A stretch of DNA of 64,000 nt from Vulcanimicrobiales bacterium (GTDB lineage Bacteria; Vulcanimicrobiota; Vulcanimicrobiia; Vulcanimicrobiales; Vulcanimicrobiaceae): assembly GCA_038215615.1 (NCBI GenBank), contig JBBQQR010000009.1:12682-76681 (forward strand). Reading direction: 5' to 3'. Within the stretch, counting starts at the first letter, position 1. Every line of letters starts with the position of its first letter. Of the stretch, positions 10,315-19,375 are shown in pieces. The notes below the pieces were generated by a model. That model saw nothing but the letters and a program-made list of their open reading frames with translations. It searched no databases and had not been told where the DNA came from. A program made the translations under genes and the position numbers.

Positions 10315-11204
10315 CCGACTCCGCACTTCCGCTGGTAAGCATCGTTACGCCTTCGTACAATTGCGCTCCATTCTTGGAAGAGTGCATTGAAAGCGTGCTC
10401 GCTCAGGACTACCCGAACATCGAATACATCGTTATGGATGGCGGCTCGACCGACGAAACGCCGGCGATACTCGACCGTTACCGCGACCGCGTCGCGCGAA
10501 TGCATTCCGCGCCTGATTTCGGGCAGGCCCAGGCGGTCAACCGCGGCTTGGGGGCCGCCACGGGCGAAATCGTCGCATTCCTCAATGCGGACGACGCGTA
10601 TCTTCCTGGGGCCGTGTCTGCTGCCGTGCGTTACATGACGGCCCACCCGCAAGCAGTCGTCGTGTACGGAAACGGCTTCCACGTATCGGAAGATGGCGCG
10701 ACGCTCGCGCCGTATCCGACTCAAGATTTCGACCGCGAGGCGCTGCGCCGGAGCTGCTTCATCTGCCAACCGGCCGCGTTCATCCGGCGCCAAGCGTTCG
10801 CGCACGCCGGCGCGCTCGACCCGGCGCTGCATTATGTGCTGGATTACGATCTGTGGATCCGGCTGGCGGCGGTGGGCGAGTTCATGAGAATCGAACCGTA
10901 TCTTGCCAAGTCGCGCGTGCATGGCGCCAGCAAATCCGTTTCCGACCGCGCGGCATTTTATCGTGAGATCTTCGCGCTGCTGTTGCGGCATTTTGGCTAC
11001 GTCCCCTACGAGTGGGTGCAGGGGTATGCGAGTTATTTGGTCGAGCGCAAGGACCAATTTGTCGCCAAGCCAGGGCATACGTTCGTTAGCGCGGCGCTCG
11101 CTTTGCTGATCGGGAGCTGGATCAACCGCGGCCGCATTGGCACCTTTTTCAAGGATTGGCTGGCCCACCGCACCATCGGTAATACATTATTGCAGCGCCC
11201 GTGA
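10311..11204 (+). CDS. Family 2 glycosyltransferase
   Basis: SIVTPSYN, DGGSTD, FLNADD, DYDLW. Confidence 0.92.
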   Translation: MTDSALPLVSIVTPSYNCAPFLEECIESVLAQDYPNIEYIVMDGGSTDETPAILDRYRDRVARMHSAPDFGQAQAVNRGLGAATGEIVAFLNADDAYLPGAVSAAVRYMTAHPQAVVVYGNGFHVSEDGATLAPYPTQDFDREALRRSCFICQPAAFIRRQAFAHAGALDPALHYVLDYDLWIRLAAVGEFMRIEPYLAKSRVHGASKSVSDRAAFYREIFALLLRHFGYVPYEWVQGYASYLVERKDQFVAKPGHTFVSAALALLIGSWINRGRIGTFFKDWLAHRTIGNTLLQRP

Positions 11205-12403
11205 TGGAAAACGAAGCGCTCCCGCTCGTAACGGTCGTCACGCCGTCGTTCAACCAGGCCAGGTTTATCAAGGCGACGATCGAGAGCGTGCTTTCGCAAG
11301 ACTATCCCAACATCGAATACATCATCGTCGACGGCTGCTCGACCGACGGGACGAGCGCGGTCGTCGCGCCGTACAGCGATCGTCTCACGTTTCTCTCGGA
11401 AAAAGACCGCGGGCAGGGCGATGCGATTAACAAAGGCTTTCAAATGGCGAGCGGTTCGATCGTCGCGTATCTCAACTCTGACGATATCTTTCTGCCGGGA
11501 GCGGTAAGCGCGGCAGTTGCGGCTCTGCAAGAAAACCCGGAATACGGCGCCGTCTACGGTGAAGGCTACAGGATTGACGCCGGCGGGAACGTCATCGCGC
11601 GGTTTGAAGTGACCGAAGAATACAACCTATGGAAGCTCGTCAACGTTTCCGACTACGTTTTGCAGCAGACGGTGTTCTGGCGGCGATCGGTTTTCGATAC
11701 GATCGGCTTTTTCGATCTCGACCTGCACTATGGTCTCGATTGGGAGATCCTCATGCGCACCGGCAAGCGCTACGTCATGGGATATATCCCGCAATTCATG
11801 GGCTGCATTCGAGAGTACCCTGAAGCGAAAACGTCAGCCGGCGGCGCGCAGCGCTTTCGGGAGATCGCGCGCATATTGCGAACGCAAAGTTCCTATCGTT
11901 TCCCTCCGGCATATTTCATTTACGGCTTGGACACCTATGAAAAAATCGTCTGTCGTCAGATTGGCGTGCTTTTCGGCTGGTGGCCGCGGCTCGCGCGCAA
12001 GCTCCAGCGCGGCGTTCTGCGCGTGTCCCACCATTGGATCGGGCAGGCCGCGACGCACTCGCAAGGGCTCTATTCCGACGGCTGGGCGTCGACGCGCGTG
12101 CATCTCATGCTGCCGCCCAGCGATGGCCGCTATATCGAGCTGACCGTTACGCTTCCTCCGTCCCCCGTCGCGCGCCAATCGATCGAGGTGCGAATCGGCC
12201 GGCGCGTTTTTGCGCGGGAAAGCTTTGGGGAAGGCACTTTTACGCTCAGCATTCCGGTTCCCGAAGATCTCTGGGACACCGCGCTAACGTTTCTCGTCGA
12301 AACGCGCAGGTATTTCACTCCGGAGGGCGCCGACCGCCGGCGCCTCTGCTATCTCTTGGAGGGCGCGCGCTACAGCGAGCGCTACCAGCTACCCGGGGGT
12401 TAG
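11201..12403 (+). CDS. Family 2 glycosyltransferase with C-terminal beta-sandwich extension
   Basis: VVTPSFNQ, DGCSTD, YLNSDD; paralog of the upstream GT2. Confidence 0.9.
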   Translation: MMENEALPLVTVVTPSFNQARFIKATIESVLSQDYPNIEYIIVDGCSTDGTSAVVAPYSDRLTFLSEKDRGQGDAINKGFQMASGSIVAYLNSDDIFLPGAVSAAVAALQENPEYGAVYGEGYRIDAGGNVIARFEVTEEYNLWKLVNVSDYVLQQTVFWRRSVFDTIGFFDLDLHYGLDWEILMRTGKRYVMGYIPQFMGCIREYPEAKTSAGGAQRFREIARILRTQSSYRFPPAYFIYGLDTYEKIVCRQIGVLFGWWPRLARKLQRGVLRVSHHWIGQAATHSQGLYSDGWASTRVHLMLPPSDGRYIELTVTLPPSPVARQSIEVRIGRRVFARESFGEGTFTLSIPVPEDLWDTALTFLVETRRYFTPEGADRRRLCYLLEGARYSERYQLPGG

Positions 12404-13267
12404 CAAAAAGACCCTGAAGTTGAGGATGCGCGGATCGCTGCCGGTTTTCTGGCCGCCGCCCGTGACGTGCAGCGTGAAAGCGTTCGCCCCGGATTTCACG
12501 GGAACAGAAAATGTTGCGTTGCCTTTTTTGTCGGGATTGATCGTCGCGACCGTCGCTCCCGAAGCATTGCGAACGGCGATTGCGAGCTGATGGCCGGCCA
12601 TTCCGGGTCCCGGAAGCGTAACGATGTGGATCTTTTGCGTCTTCGATCCAGTCGACGTCACGGTAAACGCGGCGTCGTTGTCCACCCAGCGGAACGTCTG
12701 TCCTGCGTACCGTTCCACGATGTCCCAATTGCCGCCCAGGGTAATGCCGCTGCCCGGATCGACGACGTCGGCATCGGCTACGGTGAAGACACGGAAATTG
12801 AGAATGCGCGGATCCGACGTGTGTTTGCCGCCGCCGTTCACGTGCAGCGTAAATGTCGAGGGCGATCCAGGATGTACGGGGACGGGCGCCATGACCCATT
12901 GATGACCGGCAACGGGAAGCGATGCAACGGTCTTTCCTTTTTCCACGATCTGCAGCGTAAATTTTTTCGTTCCCAAGCTGGGCCCGGCTTCGAGCTCGAG
13001 CGCGACGTCCTTGACGTTCGTGCGCGGATTCTTCACGATGATTTCGGCGTTGTTGTCGACCCAGCGAAACGTCTGACCGGCGAACGTTTCATAGAGATAC
13101 CAGCCTTTGCCCAAGGCCAGGTCGTTGGTGTCGTCGACAACGTCGGCAATCTTACCGGTGAGCGGTCCACTCTTGGTCGCCGCGGGCGCCGGCGCGGTTG
13201 CATTCGATCCGCTGCAGGCGGCGAGCGCCGCAATCGAAAGTAAGATACAGGCGCGGAATAACGTCAT
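12389..13267 (-). CDS. Lipoprotein with two tandem copies of a ~120-aa domain
   Basis: Lipobox LAAC. The motifs E.(F/Y)AGQTFRWVDN and FTLHV.GGG..T.SDPRILNFRVF each occur twice. Confidence 0.8.
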   Translation of the reverse strand: MTLFRACILLSIAALAACSGSNATAPAPAATKSGPLTGKIADVVDDTNDLALGKGWYLYETFAGQTFRWVDNNAEIIVKNPRTNVKDVALELEAGPSLGTKKFTLQIVEKGKTVASLPVAGHQWVMAPVPVHPGSPSTFTLHVNGGGKHTSDPRILNFRVFTVADADVVDPGSGITLGGNWDIVERYAGQTFRWVDNDAAFTVTSTGSKTQKIHIVTLPGPGMAGHQLAIAVRNASGATVATINPDKKGNATFSVPVKSGANAFTLHVTGGGQKTGSDPRILNFRVFLLTPG

Positions 13268-13287
13268 AGCGCAGAGAATCCACTTTT

Positions 13288-14082
13288 ATGACTGAAAACC
13301 CTTCCGCTGCGCTCGGAACGCGGTTTTACGAGCTCGTCCATATATTGACGCTCCGCAATTTAAAAGTGCGCTATCGCGGTTCGGTGCTCGGCATCTATTG
13401 GTCGTTGCTCAATCCGATCATCATGACAGCCGTGTATTCGGCGATTTTCAGCGCGACGTTTCAACGTTACTATCAGGGATCGGCGCTGCGCTACGCGCTG
13501 GCGGTTTTCATCGGTTTGGTCGCCGTCAATTTCTTTTCAGCGGCAACCACTTCGGCGCTGCCGGCTCTCGTATCCGGCGGCCTGCTGCTGAACAAAATAA
13601 AACTTCCGCCCGCTATTTTCCCGATCTCAATGGTCGCGGCGCAATCGTTTCAGCTGCTCGTCGGAATTTTGCCGGCACTTGCGATTATCACGGTGCTGAT
13701 TTCGCGAAACGCATATCACGTGCTGCTGTTGCCGCTGCCGGTCGCCGCGTTGATCGTCCTCAGCATGGGCGTCGCCTTTTTCGTCAGTGCGCTGTACGTG
13801 TTTTTCCGCGACATTCCATATCTCTACGAGCTCGTCACGTTTTTGCTCTGGCTAACCGTGCCGATCTTTTATCCCGTAGCGATCGTTCCGGAACAAGTGC
13901 GCGCATTTTTGTGGATCAATCCGCTCTATCCGATCATCGAGAGTTTGCGGCAAATCGCGCTCGAACGCGCTATGCCTGACTTCCGCCTGATCGGCATTGC
14001 GGCGCTCGAGGCGATCGTTGTGCTGGCTTTGGGCTGGCTGGTCTTCGCGGCTAACCGGCGCAAGTTCATGGACTTCGTCTAA
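13288..14082 (+). CDS. wzm: ABC-2 polysaccharide exporter permease
   Basis: RNLKVRYRGSVLGIYWSLLNP, TVPIFYP, NPLYPIIE..R. Confidence 0.9.
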   Translation: MTENPSAALGTRFYELVHILTLRNLKVRYRGSVLGIYWSLLNPIIMTAVYSAIFSATFQRYYQGSALRYALAVFIGLVAVNFFSAATTSALPALVSGGLLLNKIKLPPAIFPISMVAAQSFQLLVGILPALAIITVLISRNAYHVLLLPLPVAALIVLSMGVAFFVSALYVFFRDIPYLYELVTFLLWLTVPIFYPVAIVPEQVRAFLWINPLYPIIESLRQIALERAMPDFRLIGIAALEAIVVLALGWLVFAANRRKFMDFV

Positions 14083-14855
14083 TGCCCGATCCAGCAGTCG
14101 CACTAAAGGGCGTCTCGCTCGAGCGCTTAATGCGCGACGAGTACGCTTACGATCTCAAGAATCAAATCTTTTCCATTCTGGAAGGCCGCCATCAGAAACA
14201 AACCCGCAAAGCGGTGCTTTGCGATATCGACCTCGAGATCGCACGCGGCGAGAAGGTCGGCTTAATCGGGGCCAACGGTGCGGGCAAATCGACGCTGCTC
14301 AAAACGATCTGCGGTATTCTTTATCCGACGAGTGGAGAAGTAAGCACGAACGGCAACATCGTTCCGTTGCTGGAATTGGGCGCCGGCTTCGACCCCGAGC
14401 TGCCGGTGATCGAAAACATCATTCTCTACGGCGTGCTGCTCGGTTCGTCGCGCAAGGCGATGATCGAAAAAGTGCCCGGCGTCTTACAGTTTGCCGAACT
14501 TCAGAACTACGGCTCGGTGCCGGTGAAGGTGCTCTCTTCGGGCATGGCGGCCAGGCTGGGCTTCGCGATCGCGACCGACGTGCAGCCCGACATCTTGATC
14601 CTCGATGAGGTGCTCTCCATCGGGGACGAGCATTTCAAACAGAAGTGCCGGCGCCGGCTCGATCAGTTTTGGCACGAGCACGTTACCGTCATCGTGGTCT
14701 CGCACGAACTCGAGTTCATCCGCCAATCGTGCGACCGGGCCATTTGGCTGGAGAACGGCCGCGTCGCCTACGACGGCCCCGCCCGCGAGACGGTTATGCG
14801 CTACCTGTCGTCCATCGAGCGGCAGGCCATGGAAGCCATCGCGAGTCTACGCTAA
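14082..14855 (+). CDS. wzt: ABC polysaccharide exporter ATP-binding subunit (no C-terminal carbohydrate-binding domain)
   Basis: GANGAGKST, LSSGMAARLGF, ILILDE; only 257 aa. Confidence 0.9.
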   Translation: MPDPAVALKGVSLERLMRDEYAYDLKNQIFSILEGRHQKQTRKAVLCDIDLEIARGEKVGLIGANGAGKSTLLKTICGILYPTSGEVSTNGNIVPLLELGAGFDPELPVIENIILYGVLLGSSRKAMIEKVPGVLQFAELQNYGSVPVKVLSSGMAARLGFAIATDVQPDILILDEVLSIGDEHFKQKCRRRLDQFWHEHVTVIVVSHELEFIRQSCDRAIWLENGRVAYDGPARETVMRYLSSIERQAMEAIASLR

Positions 14856-14921
14856 CCTCACTCTAACCGGCTGGCCCGCTTGCCATGCAAACGGCCGGAG
14901 CCCGGCGAACGTTATGCTTTC

Positions 14922-16244
14922 ATGAAACACGGCCTTATGAAACGCGCGGCCTTTGTCGCAGCCATCCTTTTCGCAGTACCGGGCGGCGTATGGGCGGCGC
15001 CGCAGGGCCTCGCTTCGGGCGACCTGCTGCAGAGCTACGAGCTGCTGACAACGACGTACTATTCAAAGGTCGATATTCAGGCGATGCTCGACGGAGTGCG
15101 TAAAGCGCTTAACGCCGAGCTGCAGAAGCGCGGCGCCGATCCGTCGCTGCCGGCCATGCGCGCGAAAAACGGCGCCGGCGAAAACGTCGCGCAGATCGCG
15201 GCTGAAATCGTTCGCGCGCAAAACGCGACGCACGAGCCCGAGACGGCCCTCACCTACGCCGCCATTCGCGGCATGGCCGGAGCTCTGGGCGACCAGTACA
15301 CGGCGTTCTTCACGCCGGACGAATACCAAAAGTTTAACCAGGCGCTAGACCCCGAGAAAATCTCCGGCATCGGCGTCCTTATCGAACCCGACCCCGCCAC
15401 GAAATATATCCGCGCTTTTTACGTCGTGCCGGGAACGCCGGCCGACCGGGCGGGCATCCAATCCGGCGATGATTTCCTTTCCGTCAACGGCACGTCCACG
15501 CAAGGGTTGAAGCAAGAAGACGCCGTCAAACTTTTGCGCGGCGCATCCGGTACCGTCGTGCGTTTGCAGGTTCAGCGCAACGGCGCTTCAGTCGAAACAT
15601 TGTCGGTAACGCGCAGCGACGTGCAGCCGCCGACGGTCATCTATAAGATGTTGGCCGGTCACATCGGCTACGTGGCGATCCTCACGTTCGGACGCGACAC
15701 GCCCGATCAGTTCGGAATGGCGCTCAACCGTTTGAACGACCAAGGCGTGCGCGGTTACGTGCTCGACTTGCGCAACAACGGCGGCGGTTACGTGAACTCG
15801 GCGCTCGACATCAGCTCGAAGTTCATCAATAACGATCCGCTGCTGACGGTCGAAGAGCGCGGCTCGCGCGTTTACACCGTGCAGGCCCCGCAAACCGCAG
15901 TGCCGCCCAAACCCATGACGATTCTCGTCAATCGCTACACCGCATCGGCTTCGGAAATAACCGCCGGCGCGCTGCAAGACGACGGCATCGGCGTCCTCGT
16001 CGGCGAGAAAACCTTCGGCAAAGGCGTGATGCAGTCGCTTACGCAGCTGCCTGACGGCGCCGCGATCAAAATCACGACCGCGCATTACCTCACGCCGAAG
16101 AACCGCGACATCAACCTCAAGGGCATTGTGCCGGACTTTGCGGTGACCGAGAATCAGGGTGCGCGCTTCGGCGACGCGACCAACGACGCGCAGCTGCAAG
16201 CTGCAATCGCGATCCTGACCAAGAAAATAGCCGCTTCTAACTAG
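14922..16244 (+). CDS. S41 family C-terminal processing peptidase with PDZ domain
   Basis: Signal peptide, GIGVLI PDZ region, LDLRNNGGG, TASASEI, KTFGKG. Confidence 0.92.
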   Translation: MKHGLMKRAAFVAAILFAVPGGVWAAPQGLASGDLLQSYELLTTTYYSKVDIQAMLDGVRKALNAELQKRGADPSLPAMRAKNGAGENVAQIAAEIVRAQNATHEPETALTYAAIRGMAGALGDQYTAFFTPDEYQKFNQALDPEKISGIGVLIEPDPATKYIRAFYVVPGTPADRAGIQSGDDFLSVNGTSTQGLKQEDAVKLLRGASGTVVRLQVQRNGASVETLSVTRSDVQPPTVIYKMLAGHIGYVAILTFGRDTPDQFGMALNRLNDQGVRGYVLDLRNNGGGYVNSALDISSKFINNDPLLTVEERGSRVYTVQAPQTAVPPKPMTILVNRYTASASEITAGALQDDGIGVLVGEKTFGKGVMQSLTQLPDGAAIKITTAHYLTPKNRDINLKGIVPDFAVTENQGARFGDATNDAQLQAAIAILTKKIAASN

Positions 16245-16301
16245 GCCTCGGGCCGCGTTAGGCGGGGGCGTGCGCAGCGCGACTCGAAGGTTCATGAGCG
16301 A

Positions 16302-16374
16302 GGGCGATTAGCTCAGCTGGTAGAGCGCTTGCTTTACACGCAAGATGTCGGCGGTTCGAGCCCGTCATCGCCCA
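16302..16374 (+). tRNA. tRNA-Val (anticodon TAC)
   Basis: Acceptor stem GGGCGAT/ATCGCCC, D arm GCTC/GAGC, anticodon arm CTTGC-TTTACAC-GCAAG, T loop GTTCGAG. Followed by CA rather than CCA. Confidence 0.95.
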
Positions 16375-16383
16375 CATAAGAAT

Positions 16384-17220
16384 ATGCTTCAGTCAAAAGA
16401 GTTGGTAACGACCGAGATCGCGGACGGAATCGCGATCGTGACGATGCGCCGTCCCGAGAAGCGCAATGCGCTTTCGCTCGAGGTGATGCGCGAGCTGCTG
16501 CGCGCGTTTTCCGCAATCGGCGAAAACAGCGACGTGGGCGCGGTCATCCTGGCGGGTGACGGTCCGGCGTTTAGCGCCGGGCACGATCTGCGCGAGCTGC
16601 GCGAACGCGATGTGGCGGCGTACCGCGAGATTTTCGACGCCTGCGTCGATCTCATGGAAACGATCCAGCGCATTCCCCAACCGGTGATCGCCGAGGTCGC
16701 GACGATCGCGACTGCGGCCGGCTGCCAGCTGGTCGCATCGTGCGACTTGGCGGTAGCGTCCACGGACGCGAAGTTCGCTACGCCCGGCGTGCGCATCGGC
16801 CTGTTCTGCACTACGCCGATGGTCGCGCTGACCCGCGCTATCGGACGCAAGCGCGCGATGGAGATGCTGCTGACCGGGGACTTCATCGACGCGGCAACGG
16901 CGGCGGAGTGGGGGCTGGTGAACCGCGCTGTCCCGGCGGACGGCTTGCGCGCCTCGACGATGGCGCTGGCGAGAAAGATTTGCGAGTCGAGCCCGAGTGT
17001 CATCGCGCTTGGAAAGACCGCCTTCTACGCGCAGTACGGCTTGGACCAGCATGACGCGTACGGCTACGCGAAGGACGTGATGACCATGAATGCGCTAGCT
17101 GCCGACGCTCAGGAAGGGATGGCAGCATTCCTGGAAAGACGACCGCCGCGCTGGGGTTCCTCGCCCGAAAAAAAATCTGTTGATGACGGCAGGGGGGACG
17201 CTCAGCGCGCGGAATCGTGA
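16384..17220 (+). CDS. Enoyl-CoA hydratase family protein (ECHDC3-like)
   Basis: RNALS, FSAGHDL, ATAAGCQLVASCDL, FATPGVRIGLFC. Confidence 0.9.
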   Translation: MLQSKELVTTEIADGIAIVTMRRPEKRNALSLEVMRELLRAFSAIGENSDVGAVILAGDGPAFSAGHDLRELRERDVAAYREIFDACVDLMETIQRIPQPVIAEVATIATAAGCQLVASCDLAVASTDAKFATPGVRIGLFCTTPMVALTRAIGRKRAMEMLLTGDFIDAATAAEWGLVNRAVPADGLRASTMALARKICESSPSVIALGKTAFYAQYGLDQHDAYGYAKDVMTMNALAADAQEGMAAFLERRPPRWGSSPEKKSVDDGRGDAQRAES

Positions 17221-17232
17221 ATGCTCTCCCGC

Positions 17233-17349
17233 GCGGGCTCGTGGGCCCCGCCGGTGCAGAATGTACAATCGTCGCCCACACCCGGTATGCGGGCAACCGC
17301 ATACGCGACGACAGTGAGGGCTCGCTTCTGGCGGGCCTTCCTGTTTTTT
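17233..17349 (+). ncRNA. Candidate structured RNA or leader ending in a weak terminator
   Basis: Nested stems: 17233-40/17318-25, 17269-75/17305-11, and 17285-92/17297-304 closed by a GCAA tetraloop. GGCGGG-CCTT-CCTGTT plus a T run follows. Confidence 0.4.
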
Positions 17350-17368
17350 GAAGCGAATGCGCGCAAGC

Positions 17369-19369
17369 GTGAACCGGCTCGATCCAAGAACGCGCTTTGC
17401 TGCCTTGATCCTTTTGATTGCTCTGCTCGCTTGCGCGGTTGTGGCGTTCGAGCGCGCGCGCATCGAGTCGGCGACGCGCCGCGTCGAGCTGACGATGGAT
17501 TACAACGACTTTCTCTCGCTGGCGCGCTCCTACAATTACGATCCGGCGGATTTCTTGGTCGAGATGCGCCGCGCCGGCCTGACGTCGCTCGCGCTGACCG
17601 AGGAGCTCGGCTCGAACGTCGGCAGTTCGAACAATGCCATCGCGCTGCCGGGCGCGGCCCTCGCGGCCCAGGCCCACGTGGGTGGAATCGCGGATCCGAC
17701 GCTGCTGGCGCTGGTTGGGGCGGGAAAAGTGCGCCCGGATGAAGTCTACCTGCTCGTGTTCGACACGCCGACGTACCTGCGGTACCGGCTGCAGCTCCCG
17801 CTGCATTTCGAGTCGAAAAGCATCCGCGTTTTGCACGCCGTCAAACCATACGTTATCGCGCTGCGTTCGCAGATCGACTATTTCAATACGACCGGCCTCG
17901 GCATTCCGGCGGATCAAGTCGCCCTCGCGCGCCGGTTACATCTGCTAATCGATCCGCGCTTTCAAAACGACGAGCGGTTTACCTTGCCGCAGATTCAGCG
18001 CGAGTTTGCCTACACCGGCGCCGGCAACCGCCTGGCCACGGTCGTCTTCTTCGGGCTGCGCAATCAGGTGATGGGATTTCCGGACCACGTGAAAGAGATG
18101 GCGCAACTTTTTGGCGAGCAGCCGTACCGCGCGCTGAACTTCGGTGAGATCGAAACCTACGATTCGAGCCAAGTGCAGAAGGGGAGCAGCGAACTCGCCT
18201 CGCTCATTCCCGGTCGCACGGTGCGGGTCGAGGCGATCAATAAAGTCGAGCTCGACAAACTCGCCTTGCCTGAAATCGTTGCGCGTTACGAACTCGGCGT
18301 GCGCGAACGCAACGTGCGCGTGGTTTACTTGCGTCCGTTCGCCCATCAATACAACGGACTCTCGATCGAAAAGACCAACGTCGAAATGGTTCGGGAGATC
18401 GCCGGCGATCTGGCCGCGCGCGGTTTCAAGATGGGCCGAGCCGCGCCGATTCCGCTCTATCGTGGAAATAACCGCATCTTGGTTGGACTGGCCGCGCTGG
18501 CCGTGCCCTCGATCTTCTTGCTGCTGCTCGGATTCTACGGCTGGTATCGTCCTCTGTGGGCCATCGCGGCGTACGGCGCCACGGTGCTCCTGTATGCCGG
18601 CGGCAACCTTTCGCACCACGATCTACTCGCGCGCTCCATCATTGCGCTGAGCGGCGGCCTGCTTTTCGCCGCTGCCGGATTCTCGGTCTTGAGCCGCGCC
18701 TTTCTGCAGGCGCCGGCGGCGACGATCGGACGTCAGATCCGGCGCAGTGTCGCGTGGACGCTGGTCGCGACGGGCATCACGCTGCTGGGCGCGCTCCTCG
18801 TCGTCGGCGTCATGAGTTCGCCGCTGGTCATGGAAGAAGTCGAACCGTTCCGCGGCGTGAAACTGCTGCTCGCGCTGCCGCCGCTGATCGCGCTCGCGCT
18901 CTATCTTTTCACCGACAAATTCGATCCGCAACGGCGCGACGCGCGCGAAACGCTGACGGACCCCGTGCGCATCTTTCAGCTCGCGGCCGCCGCCATCGTG
19001 CTCGGCGTCGGCGCGCTCGTGCTGCTGCGCAGCGGCAACCAAAGCGACATCTCACCGTCCTCGTTCGAGCTGGCGCTCCGGCACAACCTGACTTCGCTCC
19101 TGGCGGTGCGGCCGCGCTTCAAGGAATTCGTCATCGGATTTCCGGCGCTGATGCTGATGCCGGCGTTGCGTATTCCGCACCGGCGCTGGCTCGGGGTTCT
19201 GCTCGCGCTCGCTATCGGCATCGGCTTGGGCGACGTCATCGACACGTTCTCGCATCTGCACACGGAACTGCTGGTCTCGGTGCTGCGCATTTTCAACGGA
19301 TTGCTCATCGGCGCGGTCGTCGGAATCATTGCTATCCTTATCTATCGCGCGTTTGCATTCCGCCGCTAA
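17369..19369 (+). CDS. DUF5693-like membrane protein (csaB-associated)
   Basis: N-terminal TM, ERNVRVVYLRP, FRGVK, RPRFKEF.IG.P and TFSHLHT motifs; directly upstream of csaB. Confidence 0.7.
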   Translation: MNRLDPRTRFAALILLIALLACAVVAFERARIESATRRVELTMDYNDFLSLARSYNYDPADFLVEMRRAGLTSLALTEELGSNVGSSNNAIALPGAALAAQAHVGGIADPTLLALVGAGKVRPDEVYLLVFDTPTYLRYRLQLPLHFESKSIRVLHAVKPYVIALRSQIDYFNTTGLGIPADQVALARRLHLLIDPRFQNDERFTLPQIQREFAYTGAGNRLATVVFFGLRNQVMGFPDHVKEMAQLFGEQPYRALNFGEIETYDSSQVQKGSSELASLIPGRTVRVEAINKVELDKLALPEIVARYELGVRERNVRVVYLRPFAHQYNGLSIEKTNVEMVREIAGDLAARGFKMGRAAPIPLYRGNNRILVGLAALAVPSIFLLLLGFYGWYRPLWAIAAYGATVLLYAGGNLSHHDLLARSIIALSGGLLFAAAGFSVLSRAFLQAPAATIGRQIRRSVAWTLVATGITLLGALLVVGVMSSPLVMEEVEPFRGVKLLLALPPLIALALYLFTDKFDPQRRDARETLTDPVRIFQLAAAAIVLGVGALVLLRSGNQSDISPSSFELALRHNLTSLLAVRPRFKEFVIGFPALMLMPALRIPHRRWLGVLLALAIGIGLGDVIDTFSHLHTELLVSVLRIFNGLLIGAVVGIIAILIYRAFAFRR

Positions 19370-19375
19370 CCTTTT

